A stretch of DNA of 64,000 nucleotides, from contig NIVC01001982.1 in assembly GCA_002269645.1 (NCBI GenBank), forward strand, positions 62,001-126,000, written 5' to 3'. Under the pieces are notes generated by a model. That model was given only the letters and a program-made list of their open reading frames with translations. It was not told the origin of the DNA and searched no databases. Source of the stretch: Macrostomum lignano. Its lineage: Eukaryota. The translations under genes and the position numbers were made by a program. Position 1 is the stretch's first letter. Each line of letters opens with the position of its first letter. Of the stretch, positions 11,942-21,115 are shown piece by piece.

Positions 11942-13896
11942 AGTAGATTAAGTCTATGGTTTCAGACTTGGATAATGATCACAGTCACGAGTGGCGAAGC
12001 CACGAGTGACTGCTGATCATTATTTAATTCTGAAACCATAGACATAATCGCATTATCATATAGACTAGCGTTTTCGGTTGATCATTATGTAACGCCATTA
12101 AGCCACGCCATTAAGTAACGCTGCAGTGTCTTCGTGCCATAGATATTGGCTCGGCAGTGAGCAGGGACAAGGGAGCGCAGCTCCCTTGCGGGGGTGTGGG
12201 GCAGAGCCCCCACTAATTGGACCATAGACAATTTTTTAGAATACAGTTCTCTAAAAGAAAAGCTCGACCATGAAGTCTGTTAGGAAGTTAAGAACTAGAA
12301 GCAAGAAGCGAGAGAAATCGAATTAAAAATGCCTCTTATCAACTGGAAAAACCTACCGGTCGACAGTTTAGATGGCGTCTCGTCTACTGAACTAGATTTT
12401 CTGAGTGAACTGAGCGCCGTGAACCACAGTTCCGATGAAATTCTTGGAGATTTTATCGACTACCTGACTAAAATCGAGACGGCTGATGAGGCCGCTGCGG
12501 TTTCTAGTGTCGAGCTTCCAGAACTATCTGATTTACCCAGTGCGATGGATGTTGCCGAACTGGAATCACTGCCGAGCACTACACGAGAACACATGTTTCT
12601 GTATGGCAAAATGTTCGTGGAGTTTTTGAAGAAACATGGTGCTGTGGATGTAAGCGTGATCAGTGACAGTCGCTTGGCCGAATTTTTAAGGTTCTTTTAC
12701 TTCTGTCTAAAAAAATCTGACGGCGGTTGCTATTCGCCAGCTACGTTGGTCTGCATTCGTGCTGGAGTGCAGAGGTACTTGACTCTCGTGCTGAAGCGTC
12801 GAACAAATATTATTTCCAGGGACGAGTTCGCCACTGCCAACCGGATGCTGCGAGTAAAGGTGCGGCATTTTCATGCTGATGGAGGCACTGTCAATCAGCA
12901 CGAGCCAATAGAAGAAGGTGATTTACAGAAAATGCGTGCTTATTTTGACCGTTCTACAGCAGAACGGTTGCAAGATGAAGTACTATTTACGCTGCTGTAT
13001 GTCCTGGGCGAGAGAGGTCAAGAACACCTGTCAAGTCTAAAGCAAGTTGGCACGCTCCAAGAAGAAGTCGACGCTGATGGAATCCATATCTTGCGTTGCC
13101 GCCGTTTAAGACAAAAAACCAGACTAGCGATCCAACAAAATGCAAGGGAAATCAGCGCAAACAGAGTCGGATCTACGGCGCTCAGCGGGAGTTGATCCTG
13201 CATTATCAGAGTTTGTTACCGCAGAATTCGTCCTCGTTCTTTCCGCGCCCTCTGACTAACAATTCGGGAGGACAAATTCGATTCTCTGCTACGCAAGTGC
13301 GCGGTGTCAATTGGTTGGCTGCATTCATGAAGCACGTTAGTAGTGTGTGCAACCTCTCCAAGCAGTACACGAATCACTGCATACGCGTCACGCGTATTGC
13401 GGATCTTTTCGACAAAGGAATGCCTATGGGGGAGATAATGGCGGTAACGGGACAACGATCGGAGTCCACTGTTCGACGTTATCTCGCACGCAAGCGTGAC
13501 AGAACCCTCAGGAAGGTTGCTACCGCTGTTAGTGACAATTTGGCCGCACCAACCGATGCGACTACGAGTGCAACCACTAGTGCAACAGTCATGCAGCAAG
13601 CTCAAGTTGACCTGCGAAGTGTGCAACAGCCGATGTTTGCCAACTGCCTCTTCGATGGGTGCACGTTCAAATTCTAACAAAGAATATATAGCTCGTACTT
13701 ATAAGTCTTAACTGTCGAAAATCAAATACTTTGGTATTCGTTTGCTTTGCTATATCCTCGATCTGTTTCCTGTTAAAGTTCTTGTTGCTTAAATTAATAA
13801 AAACAGTGAATTTCTCGCTCATAATCTATGGCAATTTATCGTGACTTAACAGCTTCATTAAAAAATGCATTAAAAAACGATAGTCTATATGATAAT
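11942..13896 (+). mobile_element. Crypton family 2 element (filled site), 1955 bp, bounded by TAAT direct repeats
   Basis: Absent from copy 3, where the 24780/24781 junction reads TATTTAAT|GATTAGTAC. 23/24 inverted match between 12051-12074 and 13874-13897. Confidence 0.85.
12329..13677 (+). CDS. Crypton family 2 tyrosine recombinase with one frameshift near 13090-13100
   Basis: KKSDGGCYSPATL, LGERGQEH (R), KTKNQ (K), TNHCIR (HxxR), TGQRS..RRY (Y), C-terminal FANCLFDGCTFKF. Split across ORFs 12329-13195 and 13096-13677. Confidence 0.88.
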
Positions 13897-14112
13897 GATT
13901 AGTACATAAGATTTTTAACCAATTCTACAAAATAAAGCAATAAAGCGTTTGTTTTGTTACACACGCGGTTATTTTCTATGCACTTTTGTCTATGGTCGAG
14001 AAATAGGAGCCCAAGGACTTTTTGGGAGTTTGGCTTCAGCTTAGTAGTTCGGTTTACTTCTTGGTAGAGGCCTGCCTGTGACTTTGCTGATTAAAATACT
14101 CACAGCAACGCA

Positions 14113-14164
14113 ATGAGAAGTTCAGTCTCCGAAACAACCCATCTGCCTTTTAATCTGCTGAGGC
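14113..14164 (+). pseudogene. First 17 codons of astacin-like gene B, cut off by the Gypsy-side rearrangement
   Basis: Matches 24997-25047 (MRSSVSETTHLPFNLLR), then diverges. Confidence 0.75.
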
Positions 14165-14625
14165 TTTTACAATTTTTATGTTATTATCGAATATACACGC
14201 ATGTCAGTTCTACTGCAAGACTGTTTTTGAATAATTTTAATAATAATATTTATTCCTTAATAATTTTATCGCATAATAATATTACCGATGGAACCGCAGA
14301 CGACTTCAATCTGGGCCCTTTTCGATTTCAATTTCTGCTAGCAACTTCAATTGTTTATCTCTTCTATGGTCGTCTATGGTATTTCTCTTTCGTTAGCGTC
14401 CTGGAATCTACCAGGTGTGGCAGCTCGAGCAGTTAGTCTTCAACTCCTGCAACTGCAGTGTCAACATCAGCACTTCCAAGTCTTTATTATTTTTTCTATT
14501 GACTATTTTTCTCTGGTTCCATTTTCGCGTTCTACAATTTTCTCGCGTATGTCTCGACAAGTTACTATTAGTAATACAATTGAAATTTTCGTCTCGACAG
14601 TGCCTTTCGTTTCTATAGACTCCAT

Positions 14626-17600
14626 TCAATGATAACCGTATCGTTCCGGGGGTCTAATCGCCGCGCGGTTCCGCAGCCGCGGTATCCAACTAACGTTATT
14701 CGTGCCTGCCCGCTGCGGGGGCGTACTGTGCACTGGGCTCAGATGCATTAAATTCGGTGGAGTGCGCACAGGAATCTGCCTGGCCTGAGACCCCGCAGGA
14801 CTCGCCTGCGCCTGTTGGTTTGCATTGGCCGCTGTCTGAGTATTTTCCACTGTTCTATCTATATTACTTCCAGTAGCTTCGTGAGCTCTCTCACGTTGCA
14901 AAAATCTAATTCTCTCTGGCCTCTGAATCTCCACTTGGACTCTTTCTGACTCCTCCGAGCCGTCATCACTAGCACTTCTAGCTTCCTCTTCTCGATATTG
15001 ACGCAACTTTTCTTCTGACAAGTAGCAGGGCTTTGTTCTGTCTACTGTCACTACGTCATGAATTCTGACGGGTTGCTCTATTCGGTCAACCTTTGGACCG
15101 GGTTCAATTTTTAAATTTTTTCCATTATTTCTTACTTCTAGCACTCGGTACGGACCTACCCATTTCCTATTCGTATCATAACAATTCTGCGTATTCGCTA
15201 TCCAGACCAGGTCACCTGGCTGATAATACTGCTGGAATACTTTCGTGTCATAATTCGATTTCTGCCGCCTGACTGATATTTGTTGCTTTTCTCTGGCGAT
15301 TCTATACGATTCCATGCACTTCTTATACAGATCATGTAAATGCTTATCACGGGTCTTGCGCTCCGGCGAAGGCAATCCAAGCTCAGCATCAACCGGTAGC
15401 CGCATCTTCCGACCATAGACTAATTCGAACGGGCTAAATTTATTGCTTTCACTGACTGTGCTTCGCTGAACCATCAAAGCGTGCGGAAGCACCTCATCCC
15501 ATGCCAAACTGAGTTCACTCTGAGCTAATCTGATTCCATCTTTCACTACTCTGACCATGCGCTCGCAGCGACCATTAGCTTGCGGATGGTAGCTAGTAGT
15601 ATGGCGCAAATCTATTCGGAAATTTTCGGTTAACGATTTCACTAATTCTGCAGTAAACGATGTACCTCTGTCTGATATGAATGCTTCAGGGGCACCATGC
15701 CGAGTGATCCACTCTGTGTACAGGGCCCAAGCTGTACTTTCAGCTGTACAATCTCTCAGCGCTTTCACCTCTAGCCAACCCGTAAAGTGATCAACCATCA
15801 GCAGGAGGTACTTGTTCCCCCGTGCTGTGGCGTTGAACGGACCGGCGAAATCTATATGTACTTTCTCACCCATATAACTGCTAATTTCCGGTTCTAAGGG
15901 CGCTCGTGGCTTCGGCCCGTATTTCTTTCTTGTCTGGCACTCAGTACAAGTCTTAATATATCTATCTAAGTTCGTTGAATAGTTTGGCCACCAAAATCTC
16001 TGTCGAATCAAATCTTTTGTCTTCGAAATACCGCCGTGAGCCATTTGATCGTGGTAAGCTCGAAACAACTGCTGCTCCAGGGCTTGATTTTCCGGCAGTA
16101 CAATCTGCTCAAATTTTCGGCCTTCGGAATCTACCCAATTCCTGTAAATTATGTCATTTTTCACTAATAGCTGCTCATAATCGCTAAATAAAGACTTATA
16201 ACTGCGGCTCATTCCAACCCATTCATTCTTGGGCGGACAGGGCTCTCCCTGTCTGAGCTTTTGCTTGAGCAGCAGCAACTCTGGCTGGCTCTCCTGCAGT
16301 TCTACAATTCCCGCTGGCGTATCGATATTAATTGCACCGCAGTGGACTGTTGCTGTCTTCGTCGCACTGCAAGTGGGGCATTCCTCATGGTAGCGTTTCG
16401 GGGGACCATCCCGCTGAGGTCTGCGACTCAGGGCGTCTGCGTTACCATGGGCGATCCCTTGGCGGTATTGAATTGCAAAGTCATATTCCTCCATTCTCGA
16501 AATTACTTCAAATTGATCAAACTGCTCAAGGATCATGTTCCATCTGCCTAGCATGCCTTTTGCGCCATGGCACTTGCGTAGCCATTGGAGGGCCGCGTGG
16601 TCTGTCCTGACCTTGAAACGACGGCCGACCAGATAAGGCCGGTAATGTTCTAAGAAATATATCAGCGCAAACATTTCCTTCATCGTAGTGCAGTAATTCA
16701 GTTGATGCTCATTTAACGGATGCGAAGCATAGGCTATTACTTTTTCTTCCCCATCTTGCTCTTGTAATAAATTTCCACCTATAGCTACGTCACAGGCGTC
16801 GACATCGAGGATGAACGGTCCCGCGTCGCTATCGAACCTGGGGTAGCTCAGTACAGGTGCGCTCACTAGCTTCTGCTTTAAAAGATCGAATGCCTTCTGG
16901 CAATCGTCATCCCACTTATACTTGACATCTTTTCTAGTTAAATTATTTAAGGGCTCACTTATTCGCGCAAAGTCTTTAATAAATCTGCGATAGTAGCCGG
17001 CTAAACCTAAGAATCCGCGCAGCTCAGAGATATTCTCTGGCCGGGGCCATGTTTGGACTTTTTCTATCTTATCTTTGCTGGTATAGATACCGTGCTGGCA
17101 GACGGTGTGCCCTAGGAAGGTGACTTCTTTCCGAAACAGAAAGGTCTTCTCTGGCTTGATTTTCATACCAGCATCTGCTAATCGAGAGAAAATTAATTCT
17201 AAATTACTGAGCATTTCTTCGAAATTCTTGCCTGTGCAAATTACGTCATCTAGGTAGAGTAAGGCGAACTTATAAGCGTAATCGCCTAAGATCTTCTGCA
17301 TTATGCGCTGAAAGCAAGCGGGTCCATTCGTGACTCCGAAAGGCAAAACTTTCCACTGGAACAGGCCATCATGGGTTCGAAACGCCAATTTCTCGCGGTC
17401 AGTCTCTCTGACCTTCACTGACCAATAAGCGCCGACCATGTCTAGGGTGCTAAAGTACATGTTGCCTGCCAGGGATTCCAGCGATTCTTGAATTAGCGGT
17501 AACGGAAAACTGTCCTTCTTAGTCTTATTATTTAGTTGTCTAAAATCACAGCAAAATCTGAATTCTCCGGACTTCTTCCGGGCGAGAACAATAGGGCAAC

Positions 17601-19407
17601 TCCACTCAGATTCTGAGGGCTCAATCAAATCGTGCTCTAATAGCTGCTGCACATGCCCGCTAACAAATTCTCGTTGTTCAGGGCTTTGCTTGCGCAGGGG
17701 AATTCTGACTGGAATTTCATCGGTAGTCTCAATCTTGAATTCGCCCATCTGGGTCTTGCCGATATCCCACTGATCCTTCGAAACAATATTCTGATAACGA
17801 TGTAATAATTCAATTACTTTTATCTTCTGAGCCTCACTTAAATCGGTCTCGTTTAAGCGGAATTGCTCCCTAAGTCTATCAGCTTCTTGCACCGTAATTG
17901 CTGCCTTCGATTGCTTCTGCGCACCTACTTCTAAATCAGTTTCTGACATTGCGAAAAGTTCTACTTCTTCCTTCAGCGGTTGATACTGCGCCACTACTTC
18001 ATCCTTATGAATTGTCTGTGCCTCTTCTGTCAGGTTCATTAATCTAACGTAAGTTTCGCCGAATTCGTCCAATCTAGTAATAGCTTTGGCTACTAATGGC
18101 TCATCTTTCTCGCTAATTTGACTCCGGCCTGAAATGAAGCCGAGTTCTGCAGTTTCTGGAGTATCTTTACATTTAGCCTTGACATAAATTTCGCTCATCG
18201 GTGCTATAGATACTTTCTTGACTACTTGCAGTAGGACGCAACGCGTTTCATCACTCGTTGTTACAAGCGGAATTCTGCGATCACTAAATTCTAAGGATTT
18301 GCCTGCTATATCTAATTTAATTTTATGCCTAGTTAACAAATCGATGCCTATAATTGATGATGTTAGTAAGCCTTCAGCAACATAGAATGGGTGCGTAATC
18401 TCGCAGTCCCCGAATCTAACGCGCAATGCTACTTGGCCTAATAAATTTGAAGTCTGGCCATTTGCGGATCGCATATTTACAGAGCATGGCTTCAGACTAT
18501 GATTTGCCGGATAGAGGCGCTGATATAATTTATTATCAATTAGGCAATTCGAGGCGCCGGTGTCAACTAATATTTTTTCGCTTAATCCGTTAATCTGGCT
18601 ATCGAGGAATAATCCTGAATTCACTAATTGGCTAGATATGTCTGCTTCTACGGTCTTCTCTCGCTTCTCTGTTGCTTTCTTTTCAGCTGCCACATCTCGC
18701 TGGATGGCTGTCTCTAACTTCCTTAATTCCTGCTTCATTTCCCTAAGTTCAGCTCTAAGTTCTGTTGTCGTTGCACTACTGTCTAATACTACTTTCGCTG
18801 GCTCTTCTTGGACTTTTCCTACCAAGCATTGGCGTAAGTCCTTCAGTTCGGTTCTAAGTTCTGACAATTCTTTTACTACTTTCGGTTCGTCTGATGAAGC
18901 TTTCTTGCCTTCCACCTCACTGAGTCTCAAGTCTATGCTATTCAATGCGCTTCTCTGAGCTGCCGCAGCTTCGCTTCGCTTCTCTAATTCTTCTTTCAAT
19001 TGCTCTGACTGTCTAGCTAAGCTCGCTGACTTCTGTTTGTTAATTTCTGCTAATCTGCGTTCCTCGCTTGAGCAAATTTTAACATTGACCGCTCTCTGTT
19101 TCCTACTATGAGTAGTATCGTTAGTGCGAATAAATTTTACTGTCGCCCTCTGGCGCAGAAAATGCATAATTTCGTAATCAGTTGCTATATTAGTATTAGT
19201 CACATGAAAGAAAATATCTCTATTATTGCTATCTCGCAGGAATCCGTAGCCTCTGTAATAATTATACCAAACTAGATTGCCATATTCTACATTGACTGAG
19301 CTGTCTTGCTGGTCTTCTACTGCTGCAGCTCTTCTATTGGGAGTGAATCGGTTTAATGGCTGGGGGCGGTTGGCCCTCCCTTGGTGCCGCCCCGTCGGTA
19401 GTTTAAA
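14626..19407 (-). CDS. pol: Gypsy pol in the -1 frame: cold-shock domain, coiled coil, aspartic protease, RT, RNase H, integrase
   Basis: The frame is open from the slippery site at 19407, 68 codons before the ORF-track start. Motifs: RGYGFL...DIFFHV (CSD), LVDTGAS, YLDD, DACDVAIGG, H..H..C..C zinc finger, GPF and the D,D,E integrase core. Confidence 0.95.
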   Translation of the reverse strand, partial: FKLPTGRHQGRANRPQPLNRFTPNRRAAAVEDQQDSSVNVEYGNLVWYNYYRGYGFLRDSNNRDIFFHVTNTNIATDYEIMHFLRQRATVKFIRTNDTTHSRKQRAVNVKICSSEERRLAEINKQKSASLARQSEQLKEELEKRSEAAAAQRSALNSIDLRLSEVEGKKASSDEPKVVKELSELRTELKDLRQCLVGKVQEEPAKVVLDSSATTTELRAELREMKQELRKLETAIQRDVAAEKKATEKREKTVEADISSQLVNSGLFLDSQINGLSEKILVDTGASNCLIDNKLYQRLYPANHSLKPCSVNMRSANGQTSNLLGQVALRVRFGDCEITHPFYVAEGLLTSSIIGIDLLTRHKIKLDIAGKSLEFSDRRIPLVTTSDETRCVLLQVVKKVSIAPMSEIYVKAKCKDTPETAELGFISGRSQISEKDEPLVAKAITRLDEFGETYVRLMNLTEEAQTIHKDEVVAQYQPLKEEVELFAMSETDLEVGAQKQSKAAITVQEADRLREQFRLNETDLSEAQKIKVIELLHRYQNIVSKDQWDIGKTQMGEFKIETTDEIPVRIPLRKQSPEQREFVSGHVQQLLEHDLIEPSESEWSCPIVLARKKSGEFRFCCDFRQLNNKTKKDSFPLPLIQESLESLAGNMYFSTLDMVGAYWSVKVRETDREKLAFRTHDGLFQWKVLPFGVTNGPACFQRIMQKILGDYAYKFALLYLDDVICTGKNFEEMLSNLELIFSRLADAGMKIKPEKTFLFRKEVTFLGHTVCQHGIYTSKDKIEKVQTWPRPENISELRGFLGLAGYYRRFIKDFARISEPLNNLTRKDVKYKWDDDCQKAFDLLKQKLVSAPVLSYPRFDSDAGPFILDVDACDVAIGGNLLQEQDGEEKVIAYASHPLNEHQLNYCTTMKEMFALIYFLEHYRPYLVGRRFKVRTDHAALQWLRKCHGAKGMLGRWNMILEQFDQFEVISRMEEYDFAIQYRQGIAHGNADALSRRPQRDGPPKRYHEECPTCSATKTATVHCGAINIDTPAGIVELQESQPELLLLKQKLRQGEPCPPKNEWVGMSRSYKSLFSDYEQLLVKNDIIYRNWVDSEGRKFEQIVLPENQALEQQLFRAYHDQMAHGGISKTKDLIRQRFWWPNYSTNLDRYIKTCTECQTRKKYGPKPRAPLEPEISSYMGEKVHIDFAGPFNATARGNKYLLLMVDHFTGWLEVKALRDCTAESTAWALYTEWITRHGAPEAFISDRGTSFTAELVKSLTENFRIDLRHTTSYHPQANGRCERMVRVVKDGIRLAQSELSLAWDEVLPHALMVQRSTVSESNKFSPFELVYGRKMRLPVDAELGLPSPERKTRDKHLHDLYKKCMESYRIAREKQQISVRRQKSNYDTKVFQQYYQPGDLVWIANTQNCYDTNRKWVGPYRVLEVRNNGKNLKIEPGPKVDRIEQPVRIHDVVTVDRTKPCYLSEEKLRQYREEEARSASDDGSEESERVQVEIQRPERIRFLQRERAHEATGSNIDRTVENTQTAANANQQAQASPAGSQARQIPVRTPPNLMHLSPVHSTPPQRAGTNNVSWIPRLRNRAAIRPPERYGYH

Positions 19408-20588
19408 GAATTTCGTCTAACTGGGCAGTCTCTAGCCAGGTGAGTTTCTTTGCCGCACTCATAACAGGCCTTTCTCGCATTTGGCGCGTTCGCCCCCGAA
19501 GGTTTGAACCTGTCATTGGCCCCTCCGGCCTCGTGACCAAAGCGTGACGGGCGTGTCATGGCGGGCCTGACAAATGGCGAAGACTGCCTATTATAGGGTC
19601 TCGAGTAACTGCTCATATGATGCTGTGGCCGAAAGCTATTCGGAGGCTGCACTGGTGCCTGTGGCCTATAGCTTGGGTTCATTTGTCTATGGGCGAACCT
19701 AGGTTGCCATTGCCTGTAGTCGAACTGAGGCTGATAATTCTGGTACGGTTGGTACTGCGAAGGATAATTGCTCGGGGAAGCAAACTGAGGTCCAAATGAC
19801 TGGCGGCCCTGCCCCGCGCTGGGTGCTGCTACAGGCGTCTGTTCCTTCCCTACTTGAGCCGTTAACGTATTCGAGCCCTCTTGCTTCCTTCTACTCTTTT
19901 GGCTACCTGGGTTTGCGAGTTCTTCGAGGATCTCCTCATTCTTTGCTGCAGCCAGTAAATCTTGAGTCTGGTACTTCGATTCATGCGTTCTGCGATAGGC
20001 AATAACTGCGCGCCTGACTTTATAATTCGCTATGCCGGCTTCAAATCGTTCAGAAACTCGCTCCCTGGCCTGACTCTCTAGTCCTGCCTTCCTAACTAAT
20101 TCAACTAGTGCGTCGTAAAATTCTTCTAATGATTCGTCTTCGTTCTGCTTCCGGTTCATCAGCTCTAGCTTCGCTTCTTCCTTCTGTCCTACGGGCTTAA
20201 ATTTGTCCTTTAAAGTCTTTTCGATGCTTTCAAATGATTCGGTGCTCGCTAGGCCTAAGTTAATGTAAACCTTGTAGGCGTCTTCGTCTAGGAGCGACAA
20301 TAGTTGATACACTTTAGCCGATTCGTCTATACTGTTGCCTTGACAGTAGTTGTTGAAGATTCTTAGAAACAATTCGAAATCTGAGCCAAGTCGGTATGGC
20401 TTGGGCTTTGCTACGCTGTTATGCGACTTCAAAATCACTCTAGGTTCGGGATTTTCGGTTTCCATTCTTCTTATGCGATCCTGCAGTTCTCTCACTACTG
20501 TTCTCAAGTGTTCGGCCTCATCTATTTCGCCTTCGTTCCTAATCTCAACTGACTTCGATTCTTGACTATTTTCTCCGTCTTGCGCCAT
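19353..20588 (-). CDS. gag: Gypsy gag with CCHC zinc knuckle
   Basis: 411-aa ORF; capsid-like region and CYECGKETHLARDC. Confidence 0.93.
   Translation of the reverse strand: MAQDGENSQESKSVEIRNEGEIDEAEHLRTVVRELQDRIRRMETENPEPRVILKSHNSVAKPKPYRLGSDFELFLRIFNNYCQGNSIDESAKVYQLLSLLDEDAYKVYINLGLASTESFESIEKTLKDKFKPVGQKEEAKLELMNRKQNEDESLEEFYDALVELVRKAGLESQARERVSERFEAGIANYKVRRAVIAYRRTHESKYQTQDLLAAAKNEEILEELANPGSQKSRRKQEGSNTLTAQVGKEQTPVAAPSAGQGRQSFGPQFASPSNYPSQYQPYQNYQPQFDYRQWQPRFAHRQMNPSYRPQAPVQPPNSFRPQHHMSSYSRPYNRQSSPFVRPAMTRPSRFGHEAGGANDRFKPSGANAPNARKACYECGKETHLARDCPVRRNSLNYRRGGTKGGPTAPSH
19363..19407 (-). promoter_or_regulatory. -1 programmed ribosomal frameshift signal
   Basis: T TTA AAC in the gag frame (19407-19401), a 7-nt spacer, then the GGGGCGG/CCGCCCC stem. 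The pol frame has a TAG four codons upstream. Confidence 0.85.
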
Positions 20589-21100
20589 GCTAAGTTTTAA
20601 TCAATCGGAATTTCTATTACTGCAACTTCAGAAAGTACAACTTGTAAGGCTATAACAATTTCAATAATCTAGCTTTTCTATTTTATCTACTGAGCGGAAT
20701 CGGTCGCCTCGCTCGCACTGGCAATAACTGATAAGAAAAACTGAATGTACACTGAGACAAATTCAACCAATGTACTCTCTAGTGCGCGCACTCGCAGACT
20801 ATGCTGATAAACACTAATAAAATTTTCAACTGTAAACAAAATCTACTTTCACACGCAAGTTTCTATTAAAGTACTAATTTTAGTTTTAGAAAGTCAAGTT
20901 TATTTTTCCCACTCCTAAATCCTATTCAGTATTTTGGGGTAACTGGCCAACCGCAAAACCACACCTAATGCGGAATTGCTGCACACTGCGTGGTTGACGA
21001 AATAGCCGCTACGAGCCTGGAACAGACTCGTTGAATTTTAGTCTAAGCTTGCTCACTTAGAGCGCCTACCAATAAACTGCCGCCTGCTAACTATTGGATT

Positions 21101-21113
21101 CCCAGGGGCTCCA
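21101..21113 (-). promoter_or_regulatory. Putative primer-binding site TGGAGCCCCTGGG
   Basis: Starts with TGG 2 nt inside the putative LTR end. The cognate tRNA is not established; a U discriminator is compatible with Thr. Confidence 0.55.
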
Positions 21114-21115
21114 CT

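Noticed and set aside
19075-19450. Calling the CSD plus CCHC region a host LIN28 gene
   Set aside because: Domain order is reversed, there is only one knuckle, it is the Gag nucleocapsid knuckle, and the region is embedded in gag-pol without introns. Only the domain pairing is analogous.
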